The notes under the pieces are model-generated. The model was not told the origin of the DNA. It saw only the letters and a list, made by a program, of their open reading frames with translations, and did not search any database. A program made the translations under genes and the position numbers. From an uncultured Pseudomonadota bacterium (GTDB lineage Bacteria > Pseudomonadota > Alphaproteobacteria > RF32 > CAG-239), in assembly GCA_949295025.1 (NCBI GenBank), contig CASFJK010000005.1, forward strand, positions 13,235 to 77,234: DNA of 64,000 bases, in the 5' to 3' direction. Shown one piece after another: positions 9,052 to 18,649 of this stretch (the stretch's first letter is position 1; the number at the start of each line of letters is the position of its first letter).

Positions 9052-9720
9052 TTAAATCCATCCCAACTCTAACGCTTTTTGCTGAGCCTTGTCGTTCAAA
9101 ACACTTTTACGATGACAAAGTGTAACCAACTCTTTTGCTTCAGGTAAATCAAACAAAAGCAAATCATTATCTTCCCAGAAAGAATGTTGTGTCAAAATAT
9201 AATATGTTAACATTTTGGCAGGATGAGGCAAAGAAAACAACTTTGCTTCTTCTTCCTTTTCCAATTCATTTCCTATGGCAAAATATTGCATAAAGATGTC
9301 TTCTGCATCCGGCAAATTAAAAAATTCGGCTATAACTTCACGGCTAAAACTAAGCTCTTTTTGAATACATAGCTTTATCACTTCAGAAGCATGAGGCAAA
9401 CTAAACAACTTAACACCATTTACTCTGGAAATAATTCCTTCATTAGAGACATAATGTTTTACAACATCTTCTGCATCGGAAAAATCAAAAATTTCTTTTT
9501 CAAGACGATCATTTAATACACCATTGCGAGAAATAAAAAGCTTAATCACCTCACTTGGATGAGGCAAGGTCAAAAACAAATCTTGCTCATCATAAAAATC
9601 AATCCAACTCAAAATAGCAAGTTTCACAAGCTCTTCCGCATCAGGACGTTCAAAAATCTGCTTCTTTTCTTCAGGTGTCAAACGACGATCTCTGAGAATT
9701 TTGCTATAAATCAAATCCAT
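9052..9720 (-). CDS. Hypothetical tandem-repeat protein (alternating A/B repeats of about 18 aa)
   Basis: A repeats: IFERPDAEELVKLAILS / IFDFSDAEDVVKHYVSN / FFNLPDAEDIFMQYFAIGN / LFDLPEAKELVTLCHRKS. B repeats: LTLPHPSEVIKLFISRNG / LFSLPHASEVIKLCIQKE / LFSLPHPAKMLTYYILTQ. Confidence 0.5.
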   Translation of the reverse strand: MDLIYSKILRDRRLTPEEKKQIFERPDAEELVKLAILSWIDFYDEQDLFLTLPHPSEVIKLFISRNGVLNDRLEKEIFDFSDAEDVVKHYVSNEGIISRVNGVKLFSLPHASEVIKLCIQKELSFSREVIAEFFNLPDAEDIFMQYFAIGNELEKEEEAKLFSLPHPAKMLTYYILTQHSFWEDNDLLLFDLPEAKELVTLCHRKSVLNDKAQQKALELGWI

Positions 9721-9786
9721 AATATAAAAATTTTTTAATTAATAATAAATTATGCGAAAAGATATTTAACACACATTTTTTTTATG

Positions 9787-11598
9787 TCAACTTTCAAACT
9801 GTAAAAAACCTTCCGATTGCAATTGATAAAGATGATGAAACACTCCTTTTTTCTTGAGAAGTTCAGCTTGGCTACCCTGCTCTACGATTTTGCCTTTTTG
9901 CAAGACAACGATTTCATCCATATTTTTGAGCGTGGACAAACGGTGTGCAATGGCAATCACAGTTTTACCTTCCATCAATTTTGCCAAAGATTTTTGAATA
10001 TAAACCTCACTCTCACTATCCAAAGCTGAGGTTGCTTCATCCAAAACCAAAATCGGTGCTTTGCTCAAAATTGCGCGCGCAATGGCAATACGCTGGCGCT
10101 CACCACCGGAGAGCAACACGCCTTTGTCACCGACTTTAGATTGATACCCATCCGGCAAATCTTTAATAAAGACATCACAATATGCTTCTTTAGCTGCTTT
10201 AACTACCTCTTCATCTGTGGCATTGACATTACCGTAACGGATATTTTCCATCAGCGTACGATTAAAAAGCAATGGGTCTTGTGGAATAAAGGCAATGTTT
10301 TTGCGCAAGCTCATTTGCGTCACTTTAGAAATGTCTTTACCATTTATGGTAATTTTGCCTTTTTGCAAATCATAATAACGCGTCAAAAGTTTAACGAGTG
10401 TAGACTTTCCGGAACCCGATTTTCCAACCAAACCGATTTTTTGACCGTTGGCAATCGATAAATTAAAATCATGGAATAACAAAGATTTGTCAGGATAAGC
10501 AAAATCAACATTTTCAAATTTTATTTCCGCTTTACGTAGTTTCAAATTTTTTGCATTTGGGGCATCAACCACTTCATGCGGTGCATAGATAAAATCAACC
10601 CCGCTTTTGACTTGTCCATAATCACGAAATATACCACTAACATTATAACTCAGCATTTTAGTTGACATTATCAAAACCTGTACCGAGGTCAAAATAAATA
10701 CAATATCAGCCACTGAAAGCGTGCTATATTTCCAAGCAAAAAATGTAGCCACATAAAAAGTTAAAGACATTACATCATAAACAAAATTGTTGCGATAAGT
10801 AAGCTTGGCTCGAGTACATTTTTCATCTCGGTCTAAACGCAACCACTTTTTCAAACGTTGGTAAAAATAAAGGCGCTCATATTTTTCATTGGCAAAAGCC
10901 TTGACGGTTGCCGCATTTACCACACCATCCATATACACGCCGCCAAGTTCTGCCTCAGATTCCGTTACATTTTGCATATTACTAAAAATGGTTTTTCTGA
11001 TTTTTGTTGTCAGCCAAGCAAAAAATAAAGTCACAGCCAAAAAGAAAAGAGCCAGATAACAATTCATAAAAGCAATAATCAACAACGTCACTCCAACCGT
11101 ACTCAAATTCATCACCAAAGTAAGTGTGACATTTTTCAAGGCAGTTATCCCTTGAGAAATAGAGCCGACCATTTTTTCAATATTGCCGCTTTTTTCTTCA
11201 TTAAAAAAGCGCAAAGAATGTTTATGCACCTGCATAAACAAATCTTTGTGCATAGTAGCCATAAACTTTGGTTCAAATTTGGCGTCGGAAAAATGAGCTA
11301 AGCAAAGGAACAAGCTTCCCATCATCGTGGTAACACCAAATGCTGCCAAAAGCCATACACCTTTGGCAATCGGCATATTATCGGCATCAAACTCAGCCAC
11401 CAAGCCAACGAGTTGCGCACTAAAATAAGAATTGATACGCGCAGAAGAAAAACTCACTATATAAAGAATAAAAGACAAAACAAAATAGAACTTCACTTTG
11501 CCGAGATATTTACCAATAAGCTTTAAGACTGTCATATGAGTTCCTTTCTCATCTTCCAAGATCGGCTCTATTAAAGCACATTTTAGGGTTTTAAGCAA
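9787..11598 (-). CDS. ABC transporter, fused permease/ATP-binding subunit (MsbA-like exporter)
   Basis: Six predicted N-terminal TM helices. C-terminal NBD with Walker A GKSGSGKST, ABC signature LSGGERQRIAIARAIL and Walker B ILVLDEATSALD. The true start may be the internal MTVLKL about 21 codons downstream. Confidence 0.85.
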   Translation of the reverse strand: MLKTLKCALIEPILEDEKGTHMTVLKLIGKYLGKVKFYFVLSFILYIVSFSSARINSYFSAQLVGLVAEFDADNMPIAKGVWLLAAFGVTTMMGSLFLCLAHFSDAKFEPKFMATMHKDLFMQVHKHSLRFFNEEKSGNIEKMVGSISQGITALKNVTLTLVMNLSTVGVTLLIIAFMNCYLALFFLAVTLFFAWLTTKIRKTIFSNMQNVTESEAELGGVYMDGVVNAATVKAFANEKYERLYFYQRLKKWLRLDRDEKCTRAKLTYRNNFVYDVMSLTFYVATFFAWKYSTLSVADIVFILTSVQVLIMSTKMLSYNVSGIFRDYGQVKSGVDFIYAPHEVVDAPNAKNLKLRKAEIKFENVDFAYPDKSLLFHDFNLSIANGQKIGLVGKSGSGKSTLVKLLTRYYDLQKGKITINGKDISKVTQMSLRKNIAFIPQDPLLFNRTLMENIRYGNVNATDEEVVKAAKEAYCDVFIKDLPDGYQSKVGDKGVLLSGGERQRIAIARAILSKAPILVLDEATSALDSESEVYIQKSLAKLMEGKTVIAIAHRLSTLKNMDEIVVLQKGKIVEQGSQAELLKKKGVFHHLYQLQSEGFLQFES

Positions 11599-11605
11599 GC
11601 CACAA

Positions 11606-11643
11606 AAAACTCCCCTTTGAGATAACTCAGAGGGGAGTTTTTA
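11606..11643 (-). terminator. Rho-independent terminator downstream of tolA
   Basis: CTCCCCTttgagataactcagAGGGGAG hairpin followed by a T-run on the minus strand. Confidence 0.6.
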
Positions 11644-12600
11644 TTATTGAATAGAGGCATCGAGCGGATTAAAGCGCAAGAGCATTGTCTTCCATAAATC
11701 ATATTTATCAGCATAGCGATTAGCAAAAATTGAATATGGTTGACAAACATAAACTGCACGTCTTGCACTCTCGGCCACTGAACGGAAAGCCTTATCAGAA
11801 CTATAACGCGACATATCCAAAATTTTAGCATCACGCACCGTTCCGTCTTTATTGAGGAATACGCGCACCTCAATAATCATATCTTTAATACCTTGTGCAC
11901 CGGGATCAAGGTTCCAACAAGCACGCAATCTGCCGGCAATGGCATCAATTTCAGAGATTGACAATTCGCTGAAATAAGAACCTCCGGTTCCGCCCTCAAT
12001 ACCCATATTAGCAACATCTGTGCCTTCTTTAATGGTTGCAGTTGCGCTCTTGTTACCGGTCTCTTTTTCCAAAGCATCAACAGATGCAAGCAAGCTCTTT
12101 AACTGATTAGCCAGTTTTGGCTCATCTTTGGGTTGGGGAGCCTCTTTTTTAGGTTGCGGCTTTTTCGGTTGTGGTTTAGGAGCCGGTTTAGGCGCAGCTT
12201 TTTTAACCGGAACTTTTGGCTTCTTGGGTTGTGGCGCGACTAAAAAATCTTGTTTTGGCGGCTTTGGAGTTTCTTTCGTTTCTGTTGTTTCTTCCTTAGC
12301 TTTTGCCTTAGACTTCACTTCTTCTTGGCGCACTTCATCTTTCGTATATTTTTCTTCAACCTTGCGCTTAACCTTAGAAGCAGCCTTATCTTCTTTGCCA
12401 AACTTGGCTTTAGGCGGCAAGTTCGTCATTTCAGATATTTTCACATCTTTCAAATCGACAATAATCGGCACTTGGTTTAATGTAGCCCGATTTGACCAAA
12501 ACAAAGGCAAATCGACTATCATCATCAGAAAGACGACTAAATGCAATAACAAAGACTTTTTTACAGCCTTGTCCATATTTTCATCTTTAACGATTTGCAT
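11644..12600 (-). CDS. tolA: TolA-like protein
   Basis: N-terminal TM anchor, long K/P/E/A low-complexity linker (PKKPKVPVKKAAPKPAPKPQPKKPQPKK), and C-terminal TolA/TonB-like domain. Position immediately after tolQ-tolR. Confidence 0.7.
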   Translation of the reverse strand: MQIVKDENMDKAVKKSLLLHLVVFLMMIVDLPLFWSNRATLNQVPIIVDLKDVKISEMTNLPPKAKFGKEDKAASKVKRKVEEKYTKDEVRQEEVKSKAKAKEETTETKETPKPPKQDFLVAPQPKKPKVPVKKAAPKPAPKPQPKKPQPKKEAPQPKDEPKLANQLKSLLASVDALEKETGNKSATATIKEGTDVANMGIEGGTGGSYFSELSISEIDAIAGRLRACWNLDPGAQGIKDMIIEVRVFLNKDGTVRDAKILDMSRYSSDKAFRSVAESARRAVYVCQPYSIFANRYADKYDLWKTMLLRFNPLDASIQ

Positions 12601-13021
12601 TAGGTTTCGGTTCCGTTTTCAATCCCACTTTTTCAAATCCGGCTTCTTTCAAGATAGCCATCAAGCCAATAACACGACCATATTCAGCCCCTGTATCACC
12701 GGAAATTGTAACGGTAAGTTCGCTGTTTTCTTTACGAATGGCTTTGAGCTTATCCACGATTTTATCAGCCGGAACTTCGGTTTTACCAATGTAGTAATAA
12801 CCATCTTTATCCACGCTGATATTGACGGAAGTATCTTTACCTTCCATAGCTTTACCGCCGACTTTTGGTAAATCAAGCGCAATACCGGAAGTCATCAAAG
12901 GTGCTGCCACCATAAAGACGACCAAAAGCACCATCATCACATCCATCAAGTTGGTAATGTTAATATCGGCATTACGGCGATATTCACGATGTGAACGGCG
13001 AGATTTTTGAATAAAGGGCAT
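12587..13021 (-). CDS. tolR: TolR (ExbD/TolR family)
   Basis: ININTNLMDVMMVLLVVFM single TM helix and a periplasmic ExbD-like domain. Follows tolQ. Confidence 0.8.
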   Translation of the reverse strand: MPFIQKSRRSHREYRRNADINITNLMDVMMVLLVVFMVAAPLMTSGIALDLPKVGGKAMEGKDTSVNISVDKDGYYYIGKTEVPADKIVDKLKAIRKENSELTVTISGDTGAEYGRVIGLMAILKEAGFEKVGLKTEPKPNANR

Positions 13022-13024
13022 TAA

Positions 13025-13771
13025 TTATTCTCCTGCCATTTCGGCCTTAATAGCCGTATCATCAATTTCACGAGACAAAATGCTGGAGAACTCATCCATA
13101 AAGTTTTCCAATCGTTTGGCATATCTATCCAAATCGGAAGAAATTTTGTTATAAGCAACCACAGCCGGAATAGCGGCAATCAAACCGAAGGCAGTTGTAA
13201 ACAAAGCTTCGGCAATACCGGGAGCCATAGCAGACAAAGAGTTGCTTTGTGTTGCAGCAATAGCATTAAAGCTGTTAATAATACCCCAAACAGTTCCAAA
13301 CAAACCGACGAGCGGAGCAACAGAACCGGTAGAAGCCAAAAAGCCCAAACGAGTATCCAAGGCATCCAGCTCTTTATCCATAGAAACCATCATGGCTTTT
13401 TCAATACGCTGTTGTAAAGAAACACCGCGCAAACCTCTATCGGTTTTAGATTTCAAAATATTGGTGCGTTTCCATTCACGCATTGCAGAAACAAACATGG
13501 CAGACATAGGGTCTTGCGGACGATTACCGATAGAATCATACAATCTGTCCAAAGAACCACCGGACCAAAACTTTTCTTCAAAACTGCGAGAACGTTGTTT
13601 AACCTGACGAATGGTACCGATTTTTTCAATGATAATGGCCCAGCACCAAACGGAAGCAAAAATCAAACCGATCATTACGACTTTAGTGATTAAATCTGAT
13701 GCCCAGACTAAATCCCACATAGACATTTCAGCGGCTTTTGTAGCAACTTCATTCAAAGCTTCTGTTTCCAT
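13025..13771 (-). CDS. tolQ: TolQ (MotA/TolQ/ExbB proton channel)
   Basis: Three TM helices, conserved APLVGLFGTVWGIINSF and TTAFGLIAAIPAV segments. Upstream of tolR. Confidence 0.85.
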   Translation of the reverse strand: METEALNEVATKAAEMSMWDLVWASDLITKVVMIGLIFASVWCWAIIIEKIGTIRQVKQRSRSFEEKFWSGGSLDRLYDSIGNRPQDPMSAMFVSAMREWKRTNILKSKTDRGLRGVSLQQRIEKAMMVSMDKELDALDTRLGFLASTGSVAPLVGLFGTVWGIINSFNAIAATQSNSLSAMAPGIAEALFTTAFGLIAAIPAVVAYNKISSDLDRYAKRLENFMDEFSSILSREIDDTAIKAEMAGE

Positions 13772-13888
13772 ATTTATATACCTTTTTTAGCTAAAAAAAT
13801 TAAATCCGCAAATTCTTGATTAGAAGAATTAGCATAAAATATTAAAAATTCAATTAATTATTTTTCTTTTTTCAATAGAAAATTTAAT

Positions 13889-14383
13889 CTATTTCACATA
13901 AGGCAAAGCAAAGAGAATATTAGGAGAAACCTTTCCTTGTTTAATATAGTCTTCCAGTTCCTGAGGCGTAAACCAGCGCACATCAGCCACCTCTGTTGGC
14001 TGTAAAGTCAAATCTTCAATTTTAGCTTCAGAATGAGCAAACCACACGTCAACCATACCGCCCCACGGGTCAGGCTCAGGGTTCTGATACACCAAGACCG
14101 GATTTTCAATTTTCAAACCGATTTCTTCCAATGTTTCGCGCTTGGCAGCTTCCAAAGAAGTTTCGCCGGTATCTGCCACACCACCATGAACCGACCACAT
14201 ATTCGGATCCACACGACGATTGGGCAAACGTTTTTGCATCAAAAATTGTCCCTTACTGTTTTTTACCCAAACATGCACACTCAAAAAATGTTTTTTCTGC
14301 GGCACAAATTCTTTTCGGGGTAAAACTTCCCCCGTTTTTTCGCGATTGATGGTAATAACGTCTACAAGTTCGGTTTCAGCCAT
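13889..14383 (-). CDS. NUDIX hydrolase
   Basis: Nudix box GGVADTGETSLEAAKRETLEEIGL (GX5EX7REUXEEXGU). Confidence 0.8.
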   Translation of the reverse strand: MAETELVDVITINREKTGEVLPRKEFVPQKKHFLSVHVWVKNSKGQFLMQKRLPNRRVDPNMWSVHGGVADTGETSLEAAKRETLEEIGLKIENPVLVYQNPEPDPWGGMVDVWFAHSEAKIEDLTLQPTEVADVRWFTPQELEDYIKQGKVSPNILFALPYVK

Positions 14384-14826
14384 TACAAACTCTCAATTTT
14401 GTTGACCAAAGCTTCCGGAATACGTATAGGACGCTTTTTATTCAGGCTGACATAAGCTAACTGTACCGTCATGGAAACAAGCAATTTATCTTGGCAATAA
14501 ATTTCTTGTTTCATCTCCAAGCGCGCCCCACTTAGGTTCATCACCTCACAGGTAACAGACAACAAATCATCTAAAATCGCCGGCGCTTTATATTCAATAT
14601 TGATACCTCTAACCATAAAGCCGCACATTTCTTCAGCTTGCAAAGCTTCGTGTTGGTTCACTCCCAGCGCACGGATAAATTCGGTTCTGGCTCTTTCGGC
14701 ATATTTGAGATAATTAGCATAATAAACTACCCCACCGGCATCGGTATCTTCATAATACACACGAGCCGGAAAAGCAAAAACTTTACCATGAAATTGTCCT
14801 TGTGGTGCCAAAACTTCATAACCCAT
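14383..14826 (-). CDS. ybgC: Tol-Pal-associated acyl-CoA thioesterase (4HBT/YbgC family)
   Basis: Hot-dog fold pattern YYEDTDAGGVVYYANYLKYAERARTEF. Located between ruvB and tolQ as in many Proteobacteria. Confidence 0.75.
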   Translation of the reverse strand: MGYEVLAPQGQFHGKVFAFPARVYYEDTDAGGVVYYANYLKYAERARTEFIRALGVNQHEALQAEEMCGFMVRGINIEYKAPAILDDLLSVTCEVMNLSGARLEMKQEIYCQDKLLVSMTVQLAYVSLNKKRPIRIPEALVNKIESL

Positions 14827-14840
14827 TATTTTTTCTCCTT

Positions 14841-15914
14841 CTAAGCATTATTATCGGCTTCTATGGCTTGCAACAAATCAAATTGCTCTGCTTGCGGACG
14901 ATATTTTTTCACCCGCGGCATGCCTAAATATTCGCAGCCCAAATCAGAAATCACACGTCCGCGCGGTGTCCTTTGCAAAAATCCGAGCTTGAGCAAAAAT
15001 GGCTCAATCACTTCTTCAATCGTGTCGCGTTCTTCCGAAAGCGCTGCCGCCAAGGTATCCACACCTACAGGACCTCCGCCGTAATTTTGCAAAATGCAAC
15101 TTAAGTACCGACGGTCAAAAGCATCCAAACCATAGTTATCAACATCCAAACGGCGCAAAGCATTATCCGCAATTTTGTTATCAACGCTTTCAGCATTACA
15201 AACAGCACCAAAGTCACGCACACGACGAAGCAAGCGCCCCGCCACACGAGGTGTTCCGCGAGAACGTTTGGCAATTTCAATTGCACCCGATTCGGAAATT
15301 GGCATTCCTAAAAGATTAGCCCCACGAATAACAATTTGTTTAAGTTCTTCCGGCGTATAAAAATCAAGACGTAACGGAATACCGAAACGCTCACGTAACG
15401 GGGTGGACAACAAACCAGAACGCGTGGTCGCACCAACCAACGTAAATGGTTGCAAATCAATGCGCACTGAGCGTGCCGAAGGACCTTCACCGATAATCAA
15501 ATCGAGCTGAAAATCTTCCATTGCTGAATAAAGCACTTCTTCAATGGCCGGATTAAGACGATGAATTTCATCAATAAACAAAACATCATTTTTTTCAAGG
15601 TTGGTTAAAATTGCTGCCAAATCACCTGATTTTGAAATCATCGGTGCTGAAGTGGCGCGGAAATTAACGCCCAACTCTTTTGCTACAATGGAAGCCAAAG
15701 TGGTTTTACCAAGTCCCGGAGGTCCAAAGAGCAACACATGGTCCAATGCATCTCCACGTTGCTTAGCAGCTTGAATGAAAACCTTCAAATTTTCGCAAAC
15801 TTGACGCTGTCCGACAAAGTCATCCAAACTTTGCGGACGCAAATTAATAGGCATTCCGTTTTCTTTCTCTTCTTCCGTCTCGTGTGGAGAAACCAATCTT
15901 TCGGCATTCATCAT
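14841..15914 (-). CDS. ruvB: Holliday junction branch migration ATPase RuvB
   Basis: [12 protein letters not shown], Walker [10 protein letters not shown], Walker [10 protein letters not shown], and a conserved C-terminal winged helix. Confidence 0.95.
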   Translation of the reverse strand: MMNAERLVSPHETEEEKENGMPINLRPQSLDDFVGQRQVCENLKVFIQAAKQRGDALDHVLLFGPPGLGKTTLASIVAKELGVNFRATSAPMISKSGDLAAILTNLEKNDVLFIDEIHRLNPAIEEVLYSAMEDFQLDLIIGEGPSARSVRIDLQPFTLVGATTRSGLLSTPLRERFGIPLRLDFYTPEELKQIVIRGANLLGMPISESGAIEIAKRSRGTPRVAGRLLRRVRDFGAVCNAESVDNKIADNALRRLDVDNYGLDAFDRRYLSCILQNYGGGPVGVDTLAAALSEERDTIEEVIEPFLLKLGFLQRTPRGRVISDLGCEYLGMPRVKKYRPQAEQFDLLQAIEADNNA

Positions 15915-15917
15915 GGT

Positions 15918-16589
15918 TTATAAATCTTTCTTAGCAAATTCTTTTAAGGACAAACGAATAAGTTCGGAAACATCCGCACTCGGATTTTCGCTCTGAACTT
16001 TATTAACGGCACGATAAGCCTCCATGCGTTGGTAACCCAAATTAACCAAAGCCGAAATAGCATCTTCACTGTTAGCTGAGTTACTCTCCATAGCCACTAA
16101 ACTATCTTCATAAGCATTAACTTCTTGATCTGCATCCATATTCAGCTCCCTTTCCATTTCTGCAGTGGTTGAAGTTGCCGCTACCGGAATGGTAACGATT
16201 TTATCTTTAAGCTCGGTCACAATACGCGCAGCCAATTTTGGTCCCACACCGTTAGCCCGTGTAAATGAGGCTTTGTCTTGCGCTGAAATGGCTTGAGCCA
16301 ATTGCACCGGTGTTAAAGCAGAAAGAATGCTCAAGCATACCTTTGCCCCCACGCCCTGCACTTTAGTCAACGTGATAAACCATTCTTTTTCCAAGGCCGA
16401 AGCAAAACCAAACAACGTGATACTGTCTTCTCTGACAACAGTTTCAGTCAACACCGAAGCTGCTTCCCCCACATGCAACCGAGCCAAGGTTTTAGCAGAA
16501 GCATAAACCAAATAACCAACCCCGTTCACATCAATAATAAAATAATCTTCTCCGATGGTATCAACCATTCCACGCAGTTTTGCAATCAT
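15918..16589 (-). CDS. ruvA: Holliday junction DNA helicase RuvA
   Basis: MIAKLRG.V......IIDVNGVGY N-terminus, HhH motifs LTKVQGVGAK / ANGVGPKLAARI. Immediately downstream of ruvB. Confidence 0.9.
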   Translation of the reverse strand: MIAKLRGMVDTIGEDYFIIDVNGVGYLVYASAKTLARLHVGEAASVLTETVVREDSITLFGFASALEKEWFITLTKVQGVGAKVCLSILSALTPVQLAQAISAQDKASFTRANGVGPKLAARIVTELKDKIVTIPVAATSTTAEMERELNMDADQEVNAYEDSLVAMESNSANSEDAISALVNLGYQRMEAYRAVNKVQSENPSADVSELIRLSLKEFAKKDL

Positions 16590-16708
16590 TTTTATAAGCC
16601 TTTTGTTTCTATAATGTTCTCATGCTATACAAATTTGAGCCGACTTACAAGCAAATTTTAGCACCTCTAAACAAAAAAAGCTCCGTAACTAAATACGAAG
16701 CTTTTTTA

Positions 16709-17866
16709 TTAATACCAAATATAAAAAGTATCCCCACTTTCATACATCTCATGCAACAAAGGTTCTTGTCGCAAATCTTTCACATTCTTAACCACATATA
16801 CAAATTTATCAGTCAAAACCGGAAATTCCAGATTAACCGGATTTTGCACAAATATTTCAGCCATCCATCCATTTCGCCAAAAAACTCTCACTGCCGCTTT
16901 TTTTGTATCATTTACAAAATAATAATAAGCCATATCTTTAGGCAAATCCGGATTACCATCAAACTTTTGTAACACCATTTTCACGCCGCAAAACACATCC
17001 TCATAAGAACTAAATGATGATATTTTTCGCCATAAGCGTTTAGAAAAAACGTGTTTATTGATGAGCAACTGCTTAAAAATATTGCTCCATTGATACGAAC
17101 TCAAATCAGGATAATGTTCAATCATATCAATCAAACCAATCTGGCCGAGATTTCCTGGCAACAATGTTTTGTGCAAATATTCCATCCAAAGTGTCAATCT
17201 CTTACGCAATTCCAGCATTTGTTCCTGCATAAATTGAAAATGCCGTGGTTGCATGGCAGAAATTGTCAAACCATAATCACAACGTTTGCGGAGCTCGTCC
17301 ATCACATCTTTTTCTTGATAAATGTCAGGAACAATTCTCACCACAAAATACTTATTTTTGCAAAATCCGGCAATAAATTCTATATCAACAGCATGTAGAA
17401 AAGCTTTATCTTCCAACAAAGGAAAATGCATACTCTTCAAAAAAACACCGGAAACCACAAATTCATAAACTTGAACATCTTGCCCATAGGGTAATAATAC
17501 AAAATCTAAGCAAACATCACTTTCCCACAAAGAATAGTTTTCAAAATCATCTTCTTTTAAATAAAAACAATCTGAATCCATCGGAAAAGAACTACTATGT
17601 TTCAAATTATACAAAATATTTTCTATAATTTTTGCCACACTGCGCAATCTTGGCAATGCCCATAATTTTTCATATTCCTCAGGTGTCAACAATTCTTGTA
17701 AAGATTTTAAATAAGGAATCATTTTCAGCTTCTGCCCAAAAGATAATGCCTCAACTTTTGATAAAATTTGTTGATATGTATTATTTTTGCACCCCAAACA
17801 ACGATTTAGTTTTCTTCGTTGTTCTTTAAGTGTTTCAAACACTTTTGCCAAATTAACATTTTTCAT
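16709..17866 (-). CDS. Hypothetical 385 aa protein inserted between ruvA and ruvC
   Basis: Long ORF with no motif I recognise. It sits where ruvA and ruvC are normally adjacent. Confidence 0.5.
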   Translation of the reverse strand: MKNVNLAKVFETLKEQRRKLNRCLGCKNNTYQQILSKVEALSFGQKLKMIPYLKSLQELLTPEEYEKLWALPRLRSVAKIIENILYNLKHSSSFPMDSDCFYLKEDDFENYSLWESDVCLDFVLLPYGQDVQVYEFVVSGVFLKSMHFPLLEDKAFLHAVDIEFIAGFCKNKYFVVRIVPDIYQEKDVMDELRKRCDYGLTISAMQPRHFQFMQEQMLELRKRLTLWMEYLHKTLLPGNLGQIGLIDMIEHYPDLSSYQWSNIFKQLLINKHVFSKRLWRKISSFSSYEDVFCGVKMVLQKFDGNPDLPKDMAYYYFVNDTKKAAVRVFWRNGWMAEIFVQNPVNLEFPVLTDKFVYVVKNVKDLRQEPLLHEMYESGDTFYIWY

Positions 17867-17944
17867 AATATATAAAAAAAATAGGGTTAATAATAAATTT
17901 TATTAACCCTTTTATAACAAAGCATCTTAAAAATCGCAAGTTTT

Positions 17945-18649
17945 TTAAGCCGATTTTTTCATCTCATAATTTTTAAGATACTCAATCCACTCCGGACAAT
18001 TATTTTCTCTAAAAAACTCATAAAGGAAATCGAACATAAATTGATGCCTGATTTGAGCTTCTTTTTTACCGGCATCAGTCAACATCAAATCTTTAAGTTT
18101 GAGCATTTTCTCAAAAAAATGATTGATAAAATTGTCAGACTTTCGATTAGGCTTTTTATATTCCGTTGCCGAAAGATTAACTTCAGGCCAAATATTTCTG
18201 TCAAAAATCTGGTCCGTTCCGGAATGGCATTTATCAAGAGCATATGCCAAACAACGCACAGTTCCCATCGCACCGATTGCTTCCAACATATCGGCATCGG
18301 AAACAAGCATTCCTTCTTTGGTTTGCGGACGAATACCTTGCAAACATTTGCTATATCCCATATTGGCAATTATATCACATACTTGAGTAGATGTTAGAGT
18401 ATCCACACCGTTTTGTCGCATAATTTTCTTGGCATTGGTTAAATTTTTAGCATGTTCTTCACCAAAGAGTTTATAGTCATCAGCATCATGCAAAAGTGCT
18501 GCCAAAGCCACCACATCTCTGTTCACATTTTCATTCTTTGCCAAATCCAGAGCCAAAGCATAAACGCGCTCCACATGGTCAGCACCATGCCCGCTCTTAT
18601 CTCCGTTCAAAAGCTTGCGAACATCTTCTAAAACACTTTTCATATTCAT
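17945..18649 (-). CDS. HD-domain phosphohydrolase
   Basis: H..HGADHVERV...LLHDADD metal-binding HD signature. Its stop abuts the ruvC start. Confidence 0.7.
   Translation of the reverse strand: MNMKSVLEDVRKLLNGDKSGHGADHVERVYALALDLAKNENVNRDVVALAALLHDADDYKLFGEEHAKNLTNAKKIMRQNGVDTLTSTQVCDIIANMGYSKCLQGIRPQTKEGMLVSDADMLEAIGAMGTVRCLAYALDKCHSGTDQIFDRNIWPEVNLSATEYKKPNRKSDNFINHFFEKMLKLKDLMLTDAGKKEAQIRHQFMFDFLYEFFRENNCPEWIEYLKNYEMKKSA

Noticed and set aside
11583-11873. 96 aa minus-strand ORF overlapping the tolA 3' end and the terminator.
   Set aside because: It is out of frame with tolA and spans the tolA terminator hairpin. It has no RBS or start context, so it is a likely artefact.
12128-12871. 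247 aa plus-strand ORF (G/F/L-rich) and a nested 76 aa ORF.
   Set aside because: They are antisense to tolA's K/P/E-rich linker and to tolR. The glycine/phenylalanine composition is just the complement of the lysine/proline codons, so this is a shadow ORF.
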